A DNA stretch of 64,000 nt from a virus (taxonomy: Duplodnaviria > Caudoviricetes). Under the pieces are notes generated by a model that did not search any database, had not been told where the DNA came from, and was given only the letters and a program-made list of their open reading frames with translations. Positions 54,318 to 62,251 of this stretch are shown piece by piece. Position 1 is the stretch's first letter. Each line of letters opens with the position of its first letter. The translations under genes and the position numbers were made by a program. The stretch covers positions 1-64,000 of the IMG/VR virus record IMGVR_UViG_2907233695_000001; one strand, given 5' to 3'.

Positions 54318-54800
54318 TTATATTTTTGTTGCCCTTAAATTTTTCTCATCATGTGATAGCCGTTTAATAATCGATGCTAGAATTTTTGTTATGCCCTTTT
54401 TGTTTCTGCTCTGCTGAGCAAATTCATAATCACTCTCTTTTATAGACGCACCGAATTTAATCCGTTTTAAAGTAAACTTGATATAATCCTCATGTATTCT
54501 CGCTACACTTCCGAGCAACTCTTTATTATCGTAAAAATTAACATTGCCATTCTCATCCATTGACTCAATTTGATGCAGGTTTAAGATGTTATTTCTATCA
54601 GTTTGTCTAAAATTATCAAAGAACAAAATGTCGCTCCATTGCTCAATTGTATTTGCTATTTTGTAACGGTCAGTTGCGGTGATGAAAATAACTCCCTTTT
54701 CACCTAACTCAGTTTCGATCATGATAATATCTGATTTATTTACTATTTCTAATATACTTGATCTTATGTTAAGCAAAACTAAATTATCGCCAGTCATCAT
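54318..54800 (-). CDS. Stand-alone LytTR DNA-binding protein (no receiver domain)
   Basis: VNKSDIIMIE...VIFIT...TIEQWSDIL...FRQTDRNNILNLHQIE. Confidence 0.75.
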   Translation of the reverse strand: MMTGDNLVLLNIRSSILEIVNKSDIIMIETELGEKGVIFITATDRYKIANTIEQWSDILFFDNFRQTDRNNILNLHQIESMDENGNVNFYDNKELLGSVARIHEDYIKFTLKRIKFGASIKESDYEFAQQSRNKKGITKILASIIKRLSHDEKNLRATKI

Positions 54801-55122
54801 TCAAATCACAACCTTTAGCGTTTGTCAATGAATTTTCACAGTCCATGAAAAGTAATTTACATACACTGTGCATTAACTTATAATCATTCTTGTAAGATAC
54901 AGCGCAACACAAGCGTTACACATACTCCTTAACATAGTGAGCTGTCGCCAAACAAATCCACTTAGTTAGGGAGTATTTTTTATTACAATCATATGTATCA
55001 CCTCTTTTAATGTTTGTAAGTTCAGTATTACATTTGTTAAATATACCACAATTTACTTCGCTTGGAACTACAGATTTTCGCATAAAAATCTGCGTTTACA
55101 ATGCCTTATTTTTATGTATATG

Positions 55123-55151
55123 TGTCGAATTTTTGTCGATTCCTTGTCGAA
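55123..55151 (+). promoter_or_regulatory. Three tandem Spo0A-box-like heptamers at 11-bp period
   Basis: TGTCGAA 55123, TGTCGAT 55134, TGTCGAA 55145 (0A consensus TGNCGAA). Confidence 0.65.
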
Positions 55152-55169
55152 TATAAAAAAGAAGCGTGT

Positions 55170-55712
55170 TCATATCAGAACATCGCTTCTTTTTTTCGGG
55201 AAACTTAACTTAGATGAATATATGCCAACTTGAGTATTGATGTCATTTTCTTTTCCGAGTGCCTTTGATATATTCCCCTTTATACAATCTCCAGAAACAG
55301 TTACATATAACTTAGTTTCATGGGTTGCATTTTCATCAAAATATACTCGCATGTAGTAACTGTCATATTTTTTGGCTAACCTCATATTTACATATTGTCT
55401 TTTATGAGTTGGTATAAAACCATATTGAGCCAAAAACCTGTCGAAGTTACCACTTCCTTTACTACAAGTCAGTCGCTCATAAACAATCGACCGAGTATAA
55501 AACATCATTATGTCTTTTGGCTGCTCTAAAAATAAAATGGTGTTTAATGGAACCCACTCTATTTCTTTTGATGATGTATTTACCAGCGGTATAGATCGCT
55601 CAGGTTCAGTGGAAATCTCATCGGCAACTTCAAGAGATAATTTATCAATTTCATCTGTTGTGATTTTTGATCCAAGTTTATCAAGGAGCAATGCTTTGAC
55701 TCTTTCAAGCAT
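55170..55712 (-). CDS. Stand-alone LytTR DNA-binding protein (no receiver domain)
   Basis: EWVPLNTILFLEQ...MFYT...FDRFL..YGFIPTHKRQYVNMR...VYFD...VTVS. Confidence 0.78.
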   Translation of the reverse strand: MLERVKALLLDKLGSKITTDEIDKLSLEVADEISTEPERSIPLVNTSSKEIEWVPLNTILFLEQPKDIMMFYTRSIVYERLTCSKGSGNFDRFLAQYGFIPTHKRQYVNMRLAKKYDSYYMRVYFDENATHETKLYVTVSGDCIKGNISKALGKENDINTQVGIYSSKLSFPKKRSDVLI

Positions 55713-55733
55713 CTTGATTCATCCCCCTGTTAT

Positions 55734-55766
55734 GGTTGCCATAAACGGGAGTTATTTATGGCAACC
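55734..55766. terminator. 12-bp stem-loop between agrD and the LytTR gene (attenuating or mRNA-stabilising)
   Basis: GGTTGCCATAAA...TTTATGGCAACC; no clear U tract. Confidence 0.55.
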
Positions 55767-55779
55767 CAATAGAGAATCA

Positions 55780-55950
55780 TTAGTTCTTTTGGGACATTTT
55801 TTCAAGCAAAGATGCTGGAGCTTTTGGCTCGTTAACAAAACCAGCAGACGATGGAGTGATAACAACATCACCAGTTGTTGGAGTTGTATCAGTATAGGCA
55901 GCATCAACAGCAGTTTTCATGATTGCTTTAGTAAGAAGTTTGTTCAACAT
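55780..55950 (-). CDS. agrD: AgrD-like cyclic lactone autoinducer precursor (56 aa, absent from the ORF track)
   Basis: AAAGGAGGTG RBS; MLNKLLTKAIMKTAVDAAYTDTTPTTGDVVITPSSAGFVNEPKAPASLLEKMSQKN; S-x4 ring followed by the EPxxPxxL recognition tail; in the agrB operon. Confidence 0.85.
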   Translation of the reverse strand: MLNKLLTKAIMKTAVDAAYTDTTPTTGDVVITPSSAGFVNEPKAPASLLEKMSQKN

Positions 55951-55992
55951 GTATTTTCACCTCCTTTAATGAAATATGCGAAAGGCAATAAT

Positions 55993-56661
55993 TTACATTC
56001 TACTAAACTCTTCCTTATTACGTTTGCTTGAGAAATATATTGTAACCATCGTTATCAAAATTAGAATAACGACGAATGCAATCAATGCTGTAGCGTTTTT
56101 TTCTGAAAAGTACATGTAACTAAACACCGCTAACTGGATCACAACAAGTACACCCAAATTAAGGAATACAATATTCTTCGTTGTTACATTTTCTTTTCCG
56201 TCTAACTCAAATCCAAAGCTCGTATTTGTGAATTTTATGTACCAACAGAAAATGTAAATGATGGTTACTGTGACAACTTGTAATGCATGTCCTTCGAATG
56301 AATCAGGTTGAATTTGTTCAAGATCGACAATGTTATACATTTTTATGATGAAGACTAAAAGTCCTTGAACACTCAGGAAAGCAGCATACCCAACTATTGA
56401 AGTAAAAAATCCATAGAGTAATTTCTGCTTGAACATCAGAATCATCATAGCTACAACTAACAAAACTTGAATCGGAATTGCGTATTGCTGCATATTAAGC
56501 AGTTCAATAATTATGTAAGAACAACCTGCCAAGAGTACCGATGATCCAACTAACTCTTTGATGTAATACTTTACGTGGAAGTGGAATATTGACATTACCA
56601 ACAATAAAATCGATGAAAACTCAAGAGATGACAATAGAATAAATAACGCCTTTTCCAACAT
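55993..56661 (-). CDS. Multi-pass membrane protein resembling an AgrC sensor domain, with no cytoplasmic kinase
   Basis: About 7 TM segments in 222 aa, ends right after the last TM; lies between agrB and agrD. Confidence 0.75.
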   Translation of the reverse strand: MLEKALFILLSSLEFSSILLLVMSIFHFHVKYYIKELVGSSVLLAGCSYIIIELLNMQQYAIPIQVLLVVAMMILMFKQKLLYGFFTSIVGYAAFLSVQGLLVFIIKMYNIVDLEQIQPDSFEGHALQVVTVTIIYIFCWYIKFTNTSFGFELDGKENVTTKNIVFLNLGVLVVIQLAVFSYMYFSEKNATALIAFVVILILITMVTIYFSSKRNKEEFSRM

Positions 56662-56681
56662 TAGAATAACCTTCTCTCTTT

Positions 56682-57200
56682 TTAATGGTTTCTATTTAAT
56701 TTAAATAATGTTGTTAAGGATTGAACAAAAAATGCTACTGTTATTGTTTCATAATTTATTGTCAGCAAGTTAAGCAGGACTATTAGGATAGAGATAAATT
56801 TTAGTTTCAGATATACTTTACTTTGCCAATTTGCTTTAACCTTGTATGTTAACGGTGCTCCAATGAATAGTATTACTATCGAGACTATAGACATTATAAG
56901 CGCAGTCTGTTCAGTTACTTTTATTAGAGGGATCGTTGTTAATATGATGGTTGATATCAACACACACATCTCAGATGAATTTACATGTAGGCCACCAGAA
57001 TATCGCCTTAGTAAAGCGAAGCAGAAAATTGCTAGAATAATGTCTAGAAAATGACTTCCGATGATCAATCCTATTGTTATCGTGAACGTAATAACAAATA
57101 TGTAATTTAACCATAAACTTAAGCCATATTGCAGCCACTCAACTTCTACATCCGATTCTTTATCCCACTTCTTGACTAAAACAGCCAATCCGTAGGCCAT
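56682..57200 (-). CDS. agrB: AgrB-family peptide maturation endopeptidase
   Basis: LQYGL, FALLRRYSGGLHVNSSEMC (catalytic His and Cys), GAP, QSLT. Confidence 0.9.
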   Translation of the reverse strand: MAYGLAVLVKKWDKESDVEVEWLQYGLSLWLNYIFVITFTITIGLIIGSHFLDIILAIFCFALLRRYSGGLHVNSSEMCVLISTIILTTIPLIKVTEQTALIMSIVSIVILFIGAPLTYKVKANWQSKVYLKLKFISILIVLLNLLTINYETITVAFFVQSLTTLFKLNRNH

Positions 57201-57300
57201 ACGACTTATGATTGCAATCTCCCCCTTCTAGAAACATAGTCCCAATTATACATTATCTATTTAATCTCTTCAAGCAATTTAACTCGTCCTTACATTTATT

Positions 57301-57330
57301 AATTTACCATGTTTTACATGTATAAGTCAA
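57301..57330 (-). promoter_or_regulatory. SigA-like promoter for the agrB operon
   Basis: TTGACT-18-TAAATT with an extended TG. Confidence 0.5.
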
Positions 57331-57392
57331 CAGTTTTTTATATATTATTTGTATATTTTATTTTATTTGAAAAATAAGAATACCCTCGTAAT

Positions 57393-58361
57393 TTAACGAG
57401 GGTACAGATTGCGAATTGTCTCCACATTTAAAAATTCTGACTTGATCCTATACATTGATTGCTCACCATCGATGCCGAATTGTTTCATAATCAAACTATA
57501 GTCTTCAGAGCTTAGTTGATCTTTCGAACCAAGTAACGAATTCGCCATTTCTAACATGCCACTATATGCAATATGCTTTGGCACAAACATCGGCTCCTGC
57601 AAATCCGCAGCAATTTTAGTAAGTCTTCGGTGAATTATATTCTTTTCGCTTTGCGAGTAGCTTTTGGTATTAGTATTAGCTGTCTTAATTACAAATTCCG
57701 TGTCGATCAGATTTGCAATATCAGCTTTGCGGTTGACGTTCGGCTCTCCGTTCATTTTTTCATAATCGAGTTCCAGAGATGCGCGGACAACTAATTTGAT
57801 ACATTGAGGGCTTACTTTAATTGTTCGTCTGTTCCCTTCGTCGTCCGTCAGAGTTAACGTCTCATTGTCTCTATCTACATCAGATGCCTTAAGATTAAGG
57901 AGCTCGCTACTTTCTTTCCCTGAGACCCCATTTCTAAGCAAACTAATTACCACTCCGTCTTGAGCGTTAACACAACTATCAATAATCTTGTCTAATTCCT
58001 CTCCAGTCCAATACTTTTTAATTTGATTATTGACAAACTGGATTGCCCAATCATTAGGGGTGAAATCAAGTGGATTCAGTCCTTTTTTTGCTCCAGAATC
58101 TAAGGCAAATGAAATATATTTGCTAATCCAGCTTATATTCTGTTTGCTGGAATACTCTGTTGTAGGCCTGAACAAATATAATAACTGTCTGATTTGCTCA
58201 ATGTTGAAATCATAAAGGTCTTTTCCTAAATCGCTCTCTTTATTAAAAGAAATCTTAAATATTCTACCCAAAGTTTTTTGTGTCCCTTTGCCATACTGAG
58301 ACATAAATTCATTTTTAAATTCTTCGTTGTATATCTGATCCCCATAAAGAATATTGGACAT
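57393..58361 (-). CDS. Integrase-fold protein with a degenerate catalytic site; probable lysogeny master repressor (SPbeta YopR/MrpR-like)
   Basis: E..LGKDLYDFN N-terminal domain; NGVSGKESSELLNLK lacks the catalytic Arg; PKHIAYSGM lacks HxxR; follows a YopQ-like gene. Confidence 0.75.
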   Translation of the reverse strand: MSNILYGDQIYNEEFKNEFMSQYGKGTQKTLGRIFKISFNKESDLGKDLYDFNIEQIRQLLYLFRPTTEYSSKQNISWISKYISFALDSGAKKGLNPLDFTPNDWAIQFVNNQIKKYWTGEELDKIIDSCVNAQDGVVISLLRNGVSGKESSELLNLKASDVDRDNETLTLTDDEGNRRTIKVSPQCIKLVVRASLELDYEKMNGEPNVNRKADIANLIDTEFVIKTANTNTKSYSQSEKNIIHRRLTKIAADLQEPMFVPKHIAYSGMLEMANSLLGSKDQLSSEDYSLIMKQFGIDGEQSMYRIKSEFLNVETIRNLYPR

Positions 58362-58388
58362 CGCTAAACAATTCCTCTCCCACGAAAA

Positions 58389-59840
58389 TTAATTAATCAA
58401 ATCATCTATAGTTACATTGCCATCAGGTTCAGTTCCCTTAACTTGTTTTTCAAAAAACTTTCTAATTAAATCTTTAGTCTGATTAGAGTTTCTATTTCCT
58501 TGCTCTTTCATAATTGTTCCATACTCAGAATCCTTGCTCATATCGATTGAGTTAACTAATTGAGTAACACTCTCAACTGAAAGAGATTTATTATCATATA
58601 AATGTTTCGCTATTACACAATACCCTACAAAGGTATTATGATGATTCAACCAATCTTCTTTCGACTTTGCAAGAATGTTTGTTTTGAAGTGTTCAGGATA
58701 AGAATTGAGAAGAATCCCAAAGAATCTCTTGAGATGTTCAAATACCATTTCTTCTTCTAAGTCGTTTTTAATTTCAAAAATAGTTCCAATTGATTTAGAA
58801 AGTACATCAATGTTTGTAAGCTGCCCCAGTTTTTTATCGACTCTCGTTCTAATTGACACTTTACCTTCTAATGCAGAATCATCCATAAGTCTTTTAGCAA
58901 TATTTCTTTCTGACCCTTTTTCATTGTAATGCTTTGCCAATACCTTATCAAATGGATTGACCGTATTGAACTGCCCCAAGGCTTCCTGTGCCTTCTTGAG
59001 AGTGTAATGCTTGATTGACACGTTCATATAACCTTCTAGATTTGGATCGATTTGAAGTGCTCTAACCATACCCTGAAGTCTGTGCCAACCGTCAATAATA
59101 TCAACTTCTGTACCCTCATAAATTGTCAAATCGCCATTATCATATTCGATCTTATCGTTTCCGTTCACCAAAATGTTGAAGATGATGGTGTCAGTACTAA
59201 AATCGCCTTTTAACATTTTGTCAGCAATTGCTTCTACACTTTTCTTGACTGTCTTAGGTTTGACTGTTACTTTTCCTTTCTTTGTTGCTTTTTCAATCGG
59301 AAGTCTTTGACACTTGAAGTTGTACGTAATCATGTCTGCCAAGTACCATCCTACAATCTCTTTATATGACATGGCAGTTATGAATTCTGTCTTACCAGTT
59401 CTAATTACATTTACAATTGTATAAGGGAAAGTTGGTAATTCACTTTCGTATTCATACTTTAAGGCTTTATTTATTTCTCTAGAACTGTAAAATGACTTTG
59501 GATCAATTCTTTTATCATCTGTAATTTTGTGAACTACAATTGTAAGCAGAGTTAATTCTTCTTGTGATAACTGATCCAGTCGCTCATTGTGAATTAGAAT
59601 TTCATTAAATCTTCCTCTTGGAATATGGTGCTTCGCAAGTTCATCATCTATCTGCATTTGTTGTTCTTTTTTCTTATTTACGTCTTGTAGAACTAAACTT
59701 AATGCATCAATTAAATCTAAATTTTCAGCAACGTTACTCATCAAGACCATCCCCTCATATTTTTTATCCATTACTTTAATTATACACCAAATAAATAAAA
59801 AAATACACATAAATGAAAATTGCAGTCTACGCAATTTCAT
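58389..59840 (-). CDS. DGQHR/DndB (ParB-like) domain protein, SPbeta YopQ-like (true start probably near 59741)
   Basis: ITYNFKCQR, IIDGWHRL, F..NT motifs; paired with the integrase-fold repressor. Confidence 0.75.
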   Translation of the reverse strand: MKLRRLQFSFMCIFLFIWCIIKVMDKKYEGMVLMSNVAENLDLIDALSLVLQDVNKKKEQQMQIDDELAKHHIPRGRFNEILIHNERLDQLSQEELTLLTIVVHKITDDKRIDPKSFYSSREINKALKYEYESELPTFPYTIVNVIRTGKTEFITAMSYKEIVGWYLADMITYNFKCQRLPIEKATKKGKVTVKPKTVKKSVEAIADKMLKGDFSTDTIIFNILVNGNDKIEYDNGDLTIYEGTEVDIIDGWHRLQGMVRALQIDPNLEGYMNVSIKHYTLKKAQEALGQFNTVNPFDKVLAKHYNEKGSERNIAKRLMDDSALEGKVSIRTRVDKKLGQLTNIDVLSKSIGTIFEIKNDLEEEMVFEHLKRFFGILLNSYPEHFKTNILAKSKEDWLNHHNTFVGYCVIAKHLYDNKSLSVESVTQLVNSIDMSKDSEYGTIMKEQGNRNSNQTKDLIRKFFEKQVKGTEPDGNVTIDDLIN

Positions 59841-59925
59841 ACTATGTATATTCGGAAATTATATAAATGTGTTCTATGTGATTTTGCAGAAGTTAAAATT
59901 AACAGAGTGAATCTCAATTTCAAAT

Positions 59926-61311
59926 TTAAACTTCATCTATGAAATCAACTTTATATGCCCATCTAAACCCACCTGCTGTTTTTCGTTTTCCGTTACACAC
60001 TGAAGAAATATTTTCAATTGATACTTTACATTTTTCTGAAGCAACAGTCGCACTTATATATTCACAGATAAATTGACCATTCAATGTCAACTGAACAATA
60101 GGTTTTCTCGTTTTTACACCTGCTTTAGCACTTCCATTTCTCGATTCTTTTGTTGGATCATACGCACACCAACCTAATTCCAACCCAATCTTAAGATATT
60201 TAATTATCGTAGGTTTAGATATTTTCATTATTTCAGAAATTTCATTAGCGGTAATATTGTCGTTATTGAAGTATTCACAAGCTATTTTTATCATTGATTT
60301 TAAACTTAGTTCGTGGCACGAATCCCAGTTTATTCTACTCAAATTAATAATTGTTGCCAATTCACTATTTAGAATACTGCCTTTTATATAATTCAACTCT
60401 GACTTGCTACAATTAATCACTATATAATACCTTATATTATGACGTAAGGCCATATCTCGTTTAAAACAGTCATTCATTTTTTCCTCATCTAATGTTCTTT
60501 TGCCTAATGTGTTTTCCTCATAATGCTGTCTCCCGTGAGTTTCAATGATACAGTTTAAGGATGGGATATAAAAATCAAAACTCTTTTTTTCTGACCACTC
60601 AAAAGATTTTTGATATTCAAAATCAATACCTGCTTGAAATAGTAGATTGTACATAAGCCTTTCTGGGTAAGGAATTGTATTAGAACATTTGGGGCAAGAA
60701 ACACCGTACAAGCTAACAGAACTTATTCTTTTATTCTTTATTTTACTTAAACAATCAGGACATTTAAAATCAACATGTTTTTTGCTCATGATTGTATACC
60801 GATATCCATCTTCATGATTCCAAAGTAGGGTGCCTAAAATTGGATCGACAGTATGAATATCATTAATCCCCTTTACAATCTTTCTTGGGGCAATACAACA
60901 TGCATTACAACCTGCTCCGCGAGATATAGCTGCCTCTCTTATTTTGTCTTCATTTCCGCAATTTAGACACTTATAAAAATAAATCTTAGCCTTCTTATTG
61001 TCTTTATATTTTCCCGTTATCTCTAGTTTCCCAGAATTAACGTTGTCGATAATACTTCCAATCTCGTGAAAATGATCAGAGGTTATTTTCCCCAATAAGC
61101 ACCCTAGCTTGCAACTCGTAAATCCGCTTATATACATCGAATGAATTCGATTTTTATATTTTAGCTTTATGTAGTAATTCTCATTATACTCCAGTATCTC
61201 AACAAACCCAGACATTCCTTCATAAATAAAACCAACGCTCAACCCTACACATCGTTTCCAGTCAACATACTTTCCCTTTTTCGGAAGGTCATCTAAAAAT
61301 ACTTTATTCAA
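59926..61311 (-). CDS. Homing-endonuclease-like protein: Zn ribbons, Vsr/PD-(D/E)XK-type nuclease and NUMOD1-like C-terminus
   Basis: Multiple CxxC; FDFYIPS..CIIETHGRQHY; KPIVQLTLNG...S...A...ISSVCNGKRKTAGGFRW. Confidence 0.75.
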   Translation of the reverse strand: MNKVFLDDLPKKGKYVDWKRCVGLSVGFIYEGMSGFVEILEYNENYYIKLKYKNRIHSMYISGFTSCKLGCLLGKITSDHFHEIGSIIDNVNSGKLEITGKYKDNKKAKIYFYKCLNCGNEDKIREAAISRGAGCNACCIAPRKIVKGINDIHTVDPILGTLLWNHEDGYRYTIMSKKHVDFKCPDCLSKIKNKRISSVSLYGVSCPKCSNTIPYPERLMYNLLFQAGIDFEYQKSFEWSEKKSFDFYIPSLNCIIETHGRQHYEENTLGKRTLDEEKMNDCFKRDMALRHNIRYYIVINCSKSELNYIKGSILNSELATIINLSRINWDSCHELSLKSMIKIACEYFNNDNITANEISEIMKISKPTIIKYLKIGLELGWCAYDPTKESRNGSAKAGVKTRKPIVQLTLNGQFICEYISATVASEKCKVSIENISSVCNGKRKTAGGFRWAYKVDFIDEV

Positions 61312-61743
61312 TTATTATCCACCACCTTTATATTATAGAATACCATATTTTACTTCTTTGTTAAATATAAAAAATACACACTAATATAAAATAAAAATGT
61401 ATATTTAAAATTATGTTTGATAATCTTTACTGAGCTAGGAAATAATACTCTAAGTTGCAGAAATATCAACTTCAACTTGATCGATCAATTCCCACTCGTT
61501 AAACTTATCTTCAGTTTGAAGATACACTAATATACGAGCTGGCACATTATAGCTGTAATGTAGTTTCTGCGCCTTTAGAATTTCTCTTCTCGCATGAAGA
61601 ATAACAGTGTATTGTTTTCTCGCATAATGAGGTTTGAGTGATACGCCAAACATCTTGATTTCACTTTTGTATTTGAGCATCAAAACATCACCATTTACTT
61701 AGTTTTATTAATCATAATAAACAGAAAACATTTAACTTAAACG

Positions 61744-61760
61744 TTCGACACTTTGTCGAA
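61744..61760. promoter_or_regulatory. Inverted pair of Spo0A-box heptamers
   Basis: TTCGACA-ctt-TGTCGAA in the intergenic region upstream of 61450..61683. Confidence 0.5.
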
Positions 61761-62045
61761 TAAAATTAAGTTTTTCTACCAATTATATATTAGGTTAATG
61801 TATCCTTGGTAGCAAAAACCCCCTACCCTTGCACACTAAAAAGGTAAGTATTTTGGTTTCTTCAACTCATTAGAAAGTCTATGCAAGTCTTGATCCACAT
61901 GTTCTGCATCACTAATAAGTAATACACTAATTAAGTCATCTTGTTCTGTTGTAAAAGTAAGATGAAGTTCTCCTCCAACATCAATTGTTCCAATGTAAAA
62001 CTTGTTCATTACCTTCAAAAATCTCCCCTCGAAAAATTCCCAATT

Positions 62046-62251
62046 GATCAGAAATTATTTTCTCCGAATCTCTGCATACTTGGCAGGTTCTTCTTCTCTA
62101 CTTTCGTCTCTATGCTCTCTTGCATATCGCAATACATCATCATAGTTATTGAAAGTAGTATCCAAAGACTTTAATGGACAAACATCTCAGCGATGTTTAA
62201 AGTCACGTAGGCGCAATTCAACACCTTTTGATATTTGATACAAACTTGATA
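62046..62251 (-). ncRNA. Putative omega/re-RNA of TnpB
   Basis: Nested stems directly downstream of tnpB (GACTTTAA/TTAAAGTC 62167-62204; CTACTTTC/GAAAGTAG 62098-62158) and a terminal hairpin AGAACCTGCC..GCAGAGATTC (62066-62091). Confidence 0.55.

Noticed and set aside
49370-57350. TATA(C/T)ATTATTT element near several promoters (13677, 49370, 53950, 57339) as a repressor operator
   Set aside because: Too AT-rich to separate from background by eye; it needs a statistical motif test
57393-58361. Active prophage integrase or cassette recombinase
   Set aside because: Both catalytic Arg positions appear substituted, and the context matches the MrpR-type repressor
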